The notes under the pieces: generated by a model
What the model saw: only the letters and a program-made list of their open reading frames with translations
The model's database searches: none
Told to the model about the DNA's origin: nothing
Translations under genes and position numbers: made by a program
From: a virus
Direction: 5' to 3' (one strand)
IMG/VR virus record: IMGVR_UViG_3300045988_113151
Length of the DNA stretch: 64,000 nucleotides
In this document: piece after piece, positions 37,324 through 46,888 of the stretch
How the letters are laid out: each line of letters opens with the position of its first letter
How positions within the stretch are numbered: the first letter of the stretch is position 1

Positions 37324-37944
37324 TTAGAAAGGTAGATCGTCTTCTTGCTTACTTAAAGCATCTTCTGCTTCTGCTGGAGATGACATGGTAGCTTGTAACG
37401 GATCTACCTGCTTTTCTGCATCTGCTTCAATAGGTTTAGTAAATTGGTCAATACCTAAAGCTACAATAGCAGAACTTTGTCCTTCTGGAAGTTCCATTGG
37501 TTCAATAAATGTATATGTTGAATGTCCAGGTAAAGTAGTATAACCATTTCTGTTATATACTACTTTAACACGTAATAAAGTATCTTTATTTGCATTATTC
37601 AACATATCTACGATAAATTGAGCAAATTCTTCAAATGAAGATCCAGTAAAGTTAATTTCTTCATCTTTATAGAAACACCAAAGAATTTGTAACATACGCT
37701 TAAACTGTCGATTTTCAGCTTGTTGTAAGTCTTCGTCTGTTACTATATATTGTCCTTTCTTAGGTTTCCATTCAGTGTGTTTCAAAGTAGCTCCATCTTT
37801 TTCAAAAGTAATCTCTAAAAAGGTTAAACCTGTAGGACTTACTTCAGTACGAGCTGATTTTAATTTTACATTTTCTTGAATACCTGCACCAATATATTTA
37901 ATATCTTTTGTTTCAATGCTTTTTGCTAATTCCTTGTTATACAT
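37324..37944 (-). CDS. single-stranded DNA-binding protein candidate
   Basis: The C-terminal acidic tip ...SKQEDDLPF matches the bacterial SSB tip (DDDIPF). Sits in the replication module. Confidence 0.5.
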   Translation of the reverse strand: MYNKELAKSIETKDIKYIGAGIQENVKLKSARTEVSPTGLTFLEITFEKDGATLKHTEWKPKKGQYIVTDEDLQQAENRQFKRMLQILWCFYKDEEINFTGSSFEEFAQFIVDMLNNANKDTLLRVKVVYNRNGYTTLPGHSTYTFIEPMELPEGQSSAIVALGIDQFTKPIEADAEKQVDPLQATMSSPAEAEDALSKQEDDLPF

Positions 37945-37957
37945 AACTTTCTAATTT

Positions 37958-38401
37958 TTAAGCTGCTAAATAAATTTTATCCCAATACGTTTTAATGTTA
38001 TTGTTTTCATCACTATCAGCAATAACAATTTTTTGTCCTCTTAAATGAGGAGCTCTAGCTTCTCTTACAGAGTTATCTCCACCTTCAAATGAAATAATAG
38101 TTTCATTCTTTTTACGATAGACATAACCTACTGCATCAGCTTCACCACAGACAATATCTCCTAGTCTTCCAACTAAGTCTATAGCCATTTCAGTTAATTC
38201 TTCTCCTTCCTTGTTAATCATTTTATCTTTAGTATGACCAACAAGAATAAAGTTATCACATAAGTCTTTAAACATATTAATAACTTTTTTAACTGCTTCT
38301 CTTAGATATAGATATCCAGAACCATTAGGTAATTGTCTAACATCAGTTCCAGTATATGTCTTCCCCATTGGGGTTTGGCGATCTTTGTATTCTGTATAAG
38401 A
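37958..38401 (-). CDS. Sak4-like (AAA_24) RecA-fold ATPase, exon 2 (5' boundary approximate)
   Basis: NFILVGHTKDK and GEADAVGYVYRK. The frame stays open upstream of the track ORF to 38404. Ends ...KIYLAA. Confidence 0.55.
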   Translation of the reverse strand, partial: SYTEYKDRQTPMGKTYTGTDVRQLPNGSGYLYLREAVKKVINMFKDLCDNFILVGHTKDKMINKEGEELTEMAIDLVGRLGDIVCGEADAVGYVYRKKNETIISFEGGDNSVREARAPHLRGQKIVIADSDENNNIKTYWDKIYLAA

Positions 38402-39226
38402 CGCAACTCTTATACACGTTCTCTTATGAACTGCTATATGTCACCATATAGAATAGACTATATCATCTCCTTTTACCTTAAGCGGCAGTCAGGAGTTCCC
38501 CGTTTCCATTACCATTAGCTTGTAATGTACTCTCTTTCGAGATAGTCGTTGAACTTTCATTATGAAAATTGTTATAAATTTGTTCTACTTTTTGTAAAAA
38601 TAAATCTTTTTCAAATTTATTTTTCATTATATTGCAATACTTACAACAAGAAACACAGTTTTCTATAGTATAATCTTTTTTAGAATTTACTCTATCTATT
38701 CCAAATGCTCGTGGACAATTACAGTAATAACAGTTATTAGATAATAACTGCTTCATTTGTTCATCTGTAAGTTTTATAAGATAGCCTCTAGATTTAGCAT
38801 TACTTTTAATACTATTTATCTTATCTCTATAAGACTTAGTACTAGAAATTTTATATTTATTTTCAGCTGTTTCTTTTTGTCTATCTATAACGCAATTTGA
38901 ACAAGATACTGGTATATAAGTTCTACTTTTAGAAAATCTATCAGCTCGTACAACTGTAAATTTTCCGCATCTATTGCATTTACATTTGAAATAACTTCTT
39001 TTAATTTGTTTTTCTTTATCGTAAGTTTCATGATCTAACTCTATTATAGTTAGACATCCTACGGTAATTCCAATATATTTATCTAACGTTTCTTTTTTCA
39101 TAATGCTTAGCTTCTGATTGTTTTTACCACTATGTGTATATAACGTATGTAGTGGTAAAAATGTTCCAGAAATTAAGGGAATTTTTCGATAAGATTTTCA
39201 TCTTAAAGCTCCAATTATTTTTAGAG
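38402..39226 (-). mobile_element. group I-like intron carrying an HNH endonuclease gene (boundaries within about 20 nt)
   Basis: It separates the Walker A/B half from the C-terminal half of one ATPase. An in-phase join is possible after U of ACU (39227) and after G (38402). Confidence 0.5.
38478..39101 (-). CDS. HNH homing endonuclease
   Basis: YYCNCPRAFGIDRVNSKKDYTIENCVSCCKYCNIMKNKF plus an N-terminal Cys-rich zinc-finger region. Ends ...ELLTAA. Confidence 0.8.
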   Translation of the reverse strand: MKKETLDKYIGITVGCLTIIELDHETYDKEKQIKRSYFKCKCNRCGKFTVVRADRFSKSRTYIPVSCSNCVIDRQKETAENKYKISSTKSYRDKINSIKSNAKSRGYLIKLTDEQMKQLLSNNCYYCNCPRAFGIDRVNSKKDYTIENCVSCCKYCNIMKNKFEKDLFLQKVEQIYNNFHNESSTTISKESTLQANGNGNGELLTAA

Positions 39227-39538
39227 AGTCGCTGCATACGGCAGACACATTTCCTCTAATCTAGTAGCATTATCAATAGCTATATACTTATAAGGATTTG
39301 TGCCTGTTTCTTTAATCTTAGCTCTAATTGCATTAGCAATTTCTCCAAGATCAGCTACACTCCTAGCTTGTACAGATAGAGCTTCAAGAAACTCAGAACC
39401 ACCCTCTAAATCTACTATTAGACAGTTATCTAATGTAGATAATAGAGTAGTCTTTCCTGATTTTGGTTTACCAAAAATAATTAAAAATCTAGGATTTTGT
39501 ACTTTTGGTTTATTTTTTTCTGTAGGTAGTACTAACAT
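39227..39538 (-). CDS. Sak4-like (AAA_24) ATPase, exon 1
   Basis: FLIIFGKPKSGKTTLL (Walker A), YIAIDNATRLEE (Walker B-like). Confidence 0.6.
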
Positions 39539-39614
39539 ATTTTTATTATTAGTACTTTACTTAGCAATGATATTATTCTGATATTTTATGATAGTATAAG
39601 TAAAGCAAGGTTTA

Positions 39615-40169
39615 TTATGCTGCAATATTAATATTAATGTTAATAATAACATTATTAATAGTTTCTTTTTGTTTTTCACTTAAGTTCTTAGGTAAGATAT
39701 AATAATTACCATATTTAGGAACATAAGTATTACCAACTTGAACAAAGTTCTGATAGAAACGAACAGGTACACCAAGCCATTTAAAATCATAACCTTTATC
39801 AAAGTTACCATTTACCGATTTAGCATAGTCATCAAGTTTCTTCATAGCTATATCAAATTGGTCAAGAAGATTATATTTTTCATACTTATAGACACTATTA
39901 AATGGACAAGTATAGCATGGCATATCTGCGCAAGGACATGTCCAAGACGATGGACGTAATGCAGATACGTGATATTTAGGAGAGATACCAAATGCAATAT
40001 AGTCATTAGGACCTGCATATTGCATACTAGTTTGTTCATTTTTAGGACCATCTATACCATCCATAGTTAAGTATGGATATTTATTAGCAATTGTATTAAT
40101 CAAGAAATTCTTCAATTCACCTGTTTTATCGTATTTCTTTTCCGGAAGTTCAATCAAAAATTGTTTCAT
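39615..40169 (-). CDS. hypothetical Cys-rich protein (184 aa)
   Basis: SWTCPCADMPCYTCPFN. Ends ...NINIAA. Confidence 0.5.
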   Translation of the reverse strand: MKQFLIELPEKKYDKTGELKNFLINTIANKYPYLTMDGIDGPKNEQTSMQYAGPNDYIAFGISPKYHVSALRPSSWTCPCADMPCYTCPFNSVYKYEKYNLLDQFDIAMKKLDDYAKSVNGNFDKGYDFKWLGVPVRFYQNFVQVGNTYVPKYGNYYILPKNLSEKQKETINNVIINININIAA

Positions 40170-40180
40170 AATTTCAGCCT

Positions 40181-41131
40181 TTAAATTTTTTTAAAAATAA
40201 CTTTTTCTTTATTTACTTCTGCGTTTGTTTCAATCAAGTTACCGTATTTTAGTTCATTATCAAATGCTAATATGCAAGGTTCTCCAGCATCTCTTACTTT
40301 TAAGAAATGTAGATATACTTTATTTTTTACAGGTAAACGATTAACACCATAAATTGCTAACCCCAGCAATTCTGGTCTTGATAATGCCATAACAAAGTCA
40401 CTAGCTTGAAATATAGCATCAGAAGCTGCTAAGTCACTCCTCATCGGATAATGGCTACTTGGATTATTAAGTCTATCAGGTTGTTCAATATTTCGATTCA
40501 TCTGTGAAATCTGTATTATACTAGTAAAAGATAATTTCTTCATTCGTATAAACATTTTCTGTAAATCTACTATTGTACCTCTTTCACTATCTCCTTCGAC
40601 AAGAAGAGCATGGTCTAATATTATAATTAACCACTTGTCTTTTGCAATATTATCGTGAAAGTATTTTATAGTTTCTTCTATCTTTTCTACACTGCAAGGA
40701 GTATCTACATAATATATTGGATACTTCTTAATAGATTCTACTGTAGTTTTTACCTTAGTAAAATCTTCATCAGATAAATCTGCTTCAGCACTATATAATT
40801 CTGAAGTTGTTTTTCGTAACTTATTACTTAGTTTTCTACCTATTTGTCTATAACTAAGCATTTCGAAACTAAAACTGAGAATAACTATATCCTGATCAGA
40901 ATTAAGGTCAATTAAATCAGTTTCTAATGTATTAGCAAATGCTGATTTACCAGAACCAGAACCTCCTGCTATTGTTAATATCATATTTGGTTCGATTCCG
41001 CCACACGTAACTCTATTGAATTTACTCCAACGAGTCTTTAGTGGTACTATAGTATGGTTTTTCCTATTTTCTATATATTTAACAGATTCATCTGCTACTT
41101 GAGAAATAGTTTTAAATAATATTGGCTCCAT
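40181..41131 (-). CDS. DnaB-like replicative helicase (RecA-fold domain)
   Basis: ILTIAGGSGSGKSAF (Walker A), WLIIILDHALLV (Walker B), QISQMNRN. Confidence 0.7.
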   Translation of the reverse strand: MEPILFKTISQVADESVKYIENRKNHTIVPLKTRWSKFNRVTCGGIEPNMILTIAGGSGSGKSAFANTLETDLIDLNSDQDIVILSFSFEMLSYRQIGRKLSNKLRKTTSELYSAEADLSDEDFTKVKTTVESIKKYPIYYVDTPCSVEKIEETIKYFHDNIAKDKWLIIILDHALLVEGDSERGTIVDLQKMFIRMKKLSFTSIIQISQMNRNIEQPDRLNNPSSHYPMRSDLAASDAIFQASDFVMALSRPELLGLAIYGVNRLPVKNKVYLHFLKVRDAGEPCILAFDNELKYGNLIETNAEVNKEKVIFKKI

Positions 41132-41687
41132 AAGCTATTTCATTATTTATATCTTGTTCCATACTAAATTGCATTTCTTCTTCAGTAACTTCCCACTCTC
41201 GTTGAGTGAGCCATTTCCACATTGTTTTCATATATCCTATTTTACCAGTTATCATCTTATTATCAATTTCAAACTGAAGACATTTGATTAAATGTTCATG
41301 CATTGCTCTAGATTTTCCGACAATCCTATTGTATTCCTTTCTACATTTGTTAATATTAGAACGTAGGAATCCTTTAGTACCATCAGGTCTAGTAACATAC
41401 ACTGGAAATACTTCATAGAATTCATCAAACCAAGATTTATCTTGTTTAAGACGTTTTCTTGTATCTTCTGAAATACTATAAATTTTACTATCACCAGAAG
41501 TTATAACTGTGATAATGTTACTGTCGACTAACTCTTGAATTTCGTTCTCACTAATTCGGCTGAGAAATTGGTGAATGTCTTGATTATTACTTTGATTCTC
41601 ATTCAAAACAAGAGTTAGAAATACTAATTGATTAATTGACATTTTTCCATAAATGTCGAATAACGATGTATCTAATTCTAGTATCAT
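41112..41687 (-). CDS. hypothetical protein, possible replication organizer/helicase loader
   Basis: Position immediately upstream of the helicase. WFDEFYEVFP...MKTMWKWLTQREWE resembles DnaD/organizer C-terminal regions (weak, from memory). Confidence 0.35.
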   Translation of the reverse strand: MILELDTSLFDIYGKMSINQLVFLTLVLNENQSNNQDIHQFLSRISENEIQELVDSNIITVITSGDSKIYSISEDTRKRLKQDKSWFDEFYEVFPVYVTRPDGTKGFLRSNINKCRKEYNRIVGKSRAMHEHLIKCLQFEIDNKMITGKIGYMKTMWKWLTQREWEVTEEEMQFSMEQDINNEIAYGANII

Positions 41688-41736
41688 AATATAGTTTTAT
41701 TTTTATGAGCTAGCTGATATCATCTGAAAATATTTG

Positions 41737-43746
41737 TTAAAATAAGCTCAACTGTTTAGGTTCAAGCTCTTCTATTATCTTAAGGCACTCTTTTAAATAG
41801 TACCGATAATTAATCTTTCTTTCTTCTATAGGTTTGTTATCAAATTTGTTTAATATAGTAATACCAGATGCCGTTAATAGATTAGTAAAATTAGTTCTTC
41901 TACCTTCAGAATCTACTAAACATTTATATAAATAAGGACCATTAGTAGATGCATAAAACCTATTTATACGTTGTATAAGGTTATTATTATATTCTACAGA
42001 GAACTTCTTATCTACTTTCTGGTAAGTGAGAAACTTATTAATATCTTTACAATTATAAATAGTATCTCTTACTGGTATATTATCAACAAAATAATCTCTA
42101 ATTGCTTCAGGAATTATCTTAGGAGACATACCTTTGCCGAGTAATACTTTAGTAATAAACATACCTTTTTCTTTTATATAATCATCTTTAATTGCATCTA
42201 AAGATGTATAAGGTTTGCCTTTTTTATTTAAAGCTTTTTCAGGATTTGTTTTAAATAGTTTCTTCATTTCCTGATATCCTTCAGATACTGCTATATAATC
42301 ATTAATAGCATACTGATACATAGCTTCAAAACGGTCTTCTTCTAATACAAGTTTAGTTTGTTGTTCCCAACTTCTACATATTTCTTGTACTTTACTATAA
42401 TAATCTTTTTTAAGTAATACAAATAGACCATCTGTGTTAGCTTGTACTATTCTACAACCTATATCTGTTAATGATTCAGCTAACATAAGTAATAACAGCT
42501 GACCATTAATTCGGATTTGCATAACTGCAAATGGACTATAACAAAAGTTATGTTCATTTTGTAAGTTACCACTTAATCCATTTAAAGCTAATTTTAAGGT
42601 TTCGTTTTTAACTTTATTACCTGTATGTTTAGCTTCAATTCGTTCGTTCTTAATCTGTGAATATACTTCTAAGAACTCTGGACCTAAATGTTTAGGATAA
42701 AACTTATATTCTATTAGCATACTAGGATATAGAGATGCAACGTCAATGTCTATTAACATTTCATCTTCCTTAGGAATAATTATTTCTGGATTATTTACAG
42801 AATGTATTCCTCCAACTCCTACTGAATATCTTAAACCTCTAAATACAAACTTATTTTCGTATCCTTTTCTTCCTGGAGAAACTATTTGTTTCTTCATATC
42901 AGATAATACATTTTTTAGTATAGGATCTCTATATTCAATAAAAGGTAATATTACTTCATTTAGTGCTATAACATCTGCTGGACTTCTTAAATCTTTAATA
43001 TCCCACCAAGTTAAACCTGTTTTTTCGAGATACTTTTGAGTTAAGATTTTCATGCCAATATTTACACCATCTTTACTTAATACTCTTACTCCATATTCAT
43101 CTTCAATTGCTATTCTTAATTCAACTTTATCTTTACATTTATTTAGTAATGCTTCAGTTGAATCTACATCATTTATATTATATTCAATCATTTCATCAAT
43201 TAAATCTGTATCTAGAGGTTTTGTCCAATCATGAGCAAACTCTAATACATTTTTGTATTGCATAGTTACTTGTATTTCTTTTAGACCTACACGTAACTTT
43301 TGAGAATATAACATAGTAAGAATATCAAATGTTTCAAAATTAACAGCATATTTCCACCTTTTCCAAGCAGATATATCGTCAGAAGTAGTTATAATTTTAC
43401 TTAGGTTATATAAACTATCACAAATTCTTAGATAGTTCATATTAATCATTTTATCGTAATAACTTATTATATAATTTATAATAGCATTATCATAATGAAG
43501 ATTATTATACCCAGCAAATATTTTATTAGTATTAAATTGTATATCTGTAGTATATATATCATTCCAACTATAAGAATTATTTCTTATAGTATAGAAGAAA
43601 TCTACAAGTTGTCTTAACTCATTTTTTCTACATGATATTTCAAATTTATAATATTGTCCAGTTTCTGTATTTTTAGCAGTACAATGAAACACATTTTGGA
43701 AGACTTCGATATCATATACATATACTGTTTTTCCTCTTATCTTCAT
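41737..43746 (-). CDS. family B DNA polymerase
   Basis: Exo I YVYDIEVF, Exo II NNLHYDNAII, Exo III YNINDVDSTEAL, motif A DIDVASLYPSMLI, motif B KLALNGLSGNL, motif C QANTDGLFV. Start taken at MKIRGK (43746), because the longer ORF runs into the tRNA. Confidence 0.9.
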   Translation of the reverse strand: MKIRGKTVYVYDIEVFQNVFHCTAKNTETGQYYKFEISCRKNELRQLVDFFYTIRNNSYSWNDIYTTDIQFNTNKIFAGYNNLHYDNAIINYIISYYDKMINMNYLRICDSLYNLSKIITTSDDISAWKRWKYAVNFETFDILTMLYSQKLRVGLKEIQVTMQYKNVLEFAHDWTKPLDTDLIDEMIEYNINDVDSTEALLNKCKDKVELRIAIEDEYGVRVLSKDGVNIGMKILTQKYLEKTGLTWWDIKDLRSPADVIALNEVILPFIEYRDPILKNVLSDMKKQIVSPGRKGYENKFVFRGLRYSVGVGGIHSVNNPEIIIPKEDEMLIDIDVASLYPSMLIEYKFYPKHLGPEFLEVYSQIKNERIEAKHTGNKVKNETLKLALNGLSGNLQNEHNFCYSPFAVMQIRINGQLLLLMLAESLTDIGCRIVQANTDGLFVLLKKDYYSKVQEICRSWEQQTKLVLEEDRFEAMYQYAINDYIAVSEGYQEMKKLFKTNPEKALNKKGKPYTSLDAIKDDYIKEKGMFITKVLLGKGMSPKIIPEAIRDYFVDNIPVRDTIYNCKDINKFLTYQKVDKKFSVEYNNNLIQRINRFYASTNGPYLYKCLVDSEGRRTNFTNLLTASGITILNKFDNKPIEERKINYRYYLKECLKIIEELEPKQLSLF

Positions 43747-43763
43747 AAAATATAGTTTTATAG

Positions 43764-43837
43764 TGATTCTATTGCGATTCGAACGCAAAACCTACACTTT
43801 AGAAGAGTGTTGCTCTATCCAATTGAGCTATAGAATC
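43764..43837 (-). tRNA. tRNA-Arg(TCT): tRNA-Arg (anticodon TCT)
   Basis: GATTCTA-TA-GCTC-AATTGGATA-GAGC-A-ACACT-CTTCTAA-AGTGT-AGGTT-TTGCG-TTCGAAT-CGCAA-TAGAATC-A. A full cloverleaf folded by hand. Confidence 0.85.
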
Positions 43838-43875
43838 AAGTGAGGCATTAAAATTTATGCCTCGTATAAATTATT

Positions 43876-44880
43876 TTAAACTGCTTCTGCTGTGTAATAG
43901 TCAGGATATAAATTCTTAAGTTCTTTAAGTTTTATTTCATAATCTTTTGATGAAGCAGTCCATCCAGTACATATTCGCAATAGTTGATCTGTAGCATTAT
44001 CATAAATATTAATGCTAATAAAATCTTCTATTTTATCTACTAACTTAGCAGATAAAGCTGTTAATGAATCATGCAAATATGCTAAGGTTTTATTAGAATA
44101 ATTCTTAACAAATACTACTGGTTTATGTTCTGAGTTAAATTTTCTGAACTCTAAACGATACTTAAATCTAGCTAGTTTCTTTTCTCGTATCGCTTTTATC
44201 AGTTTTTGTATTTTAGTTTCATGTGCAGATTCTTCTGCTGCATGCTTTAAATAGTTATTAGCTTTACCGTATTCTTCACTGTTCGAGACTAAATCTTTAC
44301 GCCATAAACTAAATTCTCGGCTATCTAATTTACTGAGTTTTAGTAATTTAGCAGAATCTCTTCTTTTCTTATTTTCAGATTGAATATTCATTTTATCAGC
44401 CTCATTTATAGCTGATTTTAAATATCGGATATCTTTTACTTTTGATATATTATTTTTAGTAGCAAAAGAAATATCTTTTAGTGTTGGCTGTCTTCTTATA
44501 GTTTTACTATAAGTTTTATTTTCAGTGTTAAAGTTAATAGTATAAGTAATTTTCTGATTAGCTAACGCAGCTTTTGCAGCTTTAGCTACAGTATTCCATT
44601 CAAAAACGATATCTGTCTTTGCTCCTTTACTTGGATTAGGTTTTGTAGTAACTATTTTAATTTTCTTATCAATAGTTTCTTCTTCTATTTCGTATAGTTC
44701 TTCTAATTTCTTATTCTTCTCCATCAAGGCATTTATCTTGCGATTACGATTTTCTGAATATCGTTTCATCTTTGCCTCATATCTTTCTAGAGGAGTTTTT
44801 ACTGCTTTTTCCTGAATTACGAAATATTTTTCACCTGTTTCTTTATTTCTTTTATTTAATTTGATAGTATATTTTTCCAT
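43876..44880 (-). CDS. hypothetical Lys-rich protein (334 aa)
   Basis: Standard-code ORF, TAA stop. Confidence 0.55.
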   Translation of the reverse strand: MEKYTIKLNKRNKETGEKYFVIQEKAVKTPLERYEAKMKRYSENRNRKINALMEKNKKLEELYEIEEETIDKKIKIVTTKPNPSKGAKTDIVFEWNTVAKAAKAALANQKITYTINFNTENKTYSKTIRRQPTLKDISFATKNNISKVKDIRYLKSAINEADKMNIQSENKKRRDSAKLLKLSKLDSREFSLWRKDLVSNSEEYGKANNYLKHAAEESAHETKIQKLIKAIREKKLARFKYRLEFRKFNSEHKPVVFVKNYSNKTLAYLHDSLTALSAKLVDKIEDFISINIYDNATDQLLRICTGWTASSKDYEIKLKELKNLYPDYYTAEAV

Positions 44881-44900
44881 ATTGATTACGAATTTTAATT

Positions 44901-44941
44901 AATAAAAAAGTAGTTAGTAAGTAATATACCTACTAACTACT
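44901..44941 (-). terminator. rho-independent terminator
   Basis: Minus strand: AGTAGTTAGTA-loop-TACTAACTACT followed by TTTTTATT. Confidence 0.65.
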
Positions 44942-44976
44942 AACTACTAAAAATAAACACACAACAATAAAAACAA

Positions 44977-45483
44977 CTAAGCTGCCAAGCTTAAAGGAGC
45001 GATAGTATCATCAAACTCCGTTTCGTTATTAAACTTTTCAAGTTTATTGTTCAATTCAATTATTTGTAAATCTAGTTCTTTAATACGTGCAAATTTCCAG
45101 TTAGAAGTAAAAATTTCTGTACGATTTAAATTTTTCTTACCTTTCTTTGCTTTAAGAACAGGATTTAATGTTCGAAAACTATTTGAACTAATTTTATTAC
45201 GAATTTCTTTTAGCTCACATAGACGAAAAATGTCTAACTGATTACAATCTTTCGGTAAATCACTTAGTTTCTTAAGTCCCATATTAATAGCAAGTAACTT
45301 AAGTTTAATCAATGCACGCTTTTCAGCAAGCATTTTGATTTCTTCAAATAAAACTTTTAGGTCATATTTACGCATATAGTTTTTATTTACTACATTTTCT
45401 GCATAAATAATGTCCCAATATTGTTTTAACTGATATGATATATTATTACGTTCTTCTATAAAATTCTTTGATTTCTTTGTCAT
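44977..45483 (-). CDS. hypothetical protein (168 aa)
   Basis: Standard-code ORF ending ...APLSLAA with a TAG stop (44977-44979). Confidence 0.55.
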   Translation of the reverse strand: MTKKSKNFIEERNNISYQLKQYWDIIYAENVVNKNYMRKYDLKVLFEEIKMLAEKRALIKLKLLAINMGLKKLSDLPKDCNQLDIFRLCELKEIRNKISSNSFRTLNPVLKAKKGKKNLNRTEIFTSNWKFARIKELDLQIIELNNKLEKFNNETEFDDTIAPLSLAA

Positions 45484-45642
45484 ATATTTTGAGTTTTAAT
45501 TGATTAGTACTAAAGTTATATAACATATTAGAAATCGTTTACCTGTGCCGTGGTATCCATATTGAAATGGCAGCATAGTTCTTATTCTCCTAGCTTTCCA
45601 GTTATTCCCTATCAGTTACGGTAGGATTATTACCACGATAAT

Positions 45643-45673
45643 AATAACTAGAGACCCATCATCTCTAGTTATT
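45643..45673 (-). terminator. terminator-like hairpin
   Basis: AATAACTAGAG-9 nt-CTCTAGTTATT, T-rich on both sides. Confidence 0.5.
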
Positions 45674-45770
45674 AGAAATTATTTTTGTTTGACTTTCGTC
45701 GAATTTTCAATCTAAGGTTTAAAGTTCCATCAACATATACTTAAATTAAAAATTGGTTTATAAAGAAATA

Positions 45771-46316
45771 TTATGGTTTCCGTACTAGTATTTCCACATC
45801 TCCTATTACTTCACCACTATTTAATATAACAGATGCTTGTTTTTGTGAAAAAGCAATTGTTTCAAGACCTTCATTTTTTCTAGTAGGTCTAGAACTAGAC
45901 ATATTTATATATTGGCTAGTATATTCTCCATCCATATTACCGCCATATCTTAGAACATCAAAAAGCATATCAATTACATATTCATAGTTATTATTCCGAA
46001 CAGCTTTATCCATAAAATCCTTAGTCATCCCATCAAACACAGGATTAGAATAATTACCATTTGGAACTGATATAACATCCATAATTGTTAATGCTAAATC
46101 ACGAAAACTTATATCTTTATAGTCACTAAACCATAAGCATAACCATTTAAATCGCCGTCTTTTAGTATAGAAACGAACTGATCCATCATCATGAATTTCT
46201 ATACTACCAACAACCTTATCACCCATCGTGATATGTTTATAGACATACTTATTATTTAGTATAAAACGTAATAAGTCTTTATGAACTTCACTAATTTTTA
46301 CTTCTGTGTTGTTCAT
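45771..46316 (-). CDS. hypothetical protein (181 aa)
   Basis: Standard-code ORF. Confidence 0.55.
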   Translation of the reverse strand: MNNTEVKISEVHKDLLRFILNNKYVYKHITMGDKVVGSIEIHDDGSVRFYTKRRRFKWLCLWFSDYKDISFRDLALTIMDVISVPNGNYSNPVFDGMTKDFMDKAVRNNNYEYVIDMLFDVLRYGGNMDGEYTSQYINMSSSRPTRKNEGLETIAFSQKQASVILNSGEVIGDVEILVRKP

Positions 46317-46327
46317 TTTTATTTATA

Positions 46328-46888
46328 TTAAAGTCCATATTGACGATAATATTCGTCACAGCTCTGCTGCTGACCTTTAATAAGTTCTTTAAGCATAGTC
46401 ATCTGTGCTAAGAAATCATTAGCAAGTGCCTCTGCCTTCTCTGCTTCCTGTTTGTTACGGAAATTAGCTTCATCTGTCAATCGTTTCCGATCGGCAAAGA
46501 ATAGCGGAGTCTGATTATTCTTAGCTCGAATACATGCTTCTTCAATTGCCGAATTATCTGTTGCTTCTGCAAAGAATTTCGGTTCTTGAACAATCTTAGC
46601 CCGTAATTCTGGCTTTTCGTTGAACTCAATGAAAATCTCATCATTAATAACAAGAAGTCGTTGAGATGACACAAGAACAGTGTTAACCATATATTTTAAT
46701 AGTGGTTCTACTAACCGTGGATGTTGATTAGTAAGTTCCTTCTCACGATGAGAAAGATCAACATTGTCAACTTGCAAATAACAGATAGTCTTACCTAAAA
46801 GGCTACCCATATTACTTACTACCTTACGAGCATCCCGTAAGCGTGCTTCAATTTTCTGTTCGTTTCCTTGATTATAATTATTTTCCAT
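46328..46888 (-). CDS. hypothetical protein (186 aa)
   Basis: Standard-code ORF. Confidence 0.55.
   Translation of the reverse strand: MENNYNQGNEQKIEARLRDARKVVSNMGSLLGKTICYLQVDNVDLSHREKELTNQHPRLVEPLLKYMVNTVLVSSQRLLVINDEIFIEFNEKPELRAKIVQEPKFFAEATDNSAIEEACIRAKNNQTPLFFADRKRLTDEANFRNKQEAEKAEALANDFLAQMTMLKELIKGQQQSCDEYYRQYGL

Noticed and set aside
43764-43837. Suppressor tRNA (CUA anticodon) that would explain the TAG recoding
   Set aside because: The anticodon loop is CTTCTAA, which gives TCT (Arg), not CTA. None of the tRNA-like elements in the window has a CTA anticodon, so the suppressor must lie outside this window or be host-derived.
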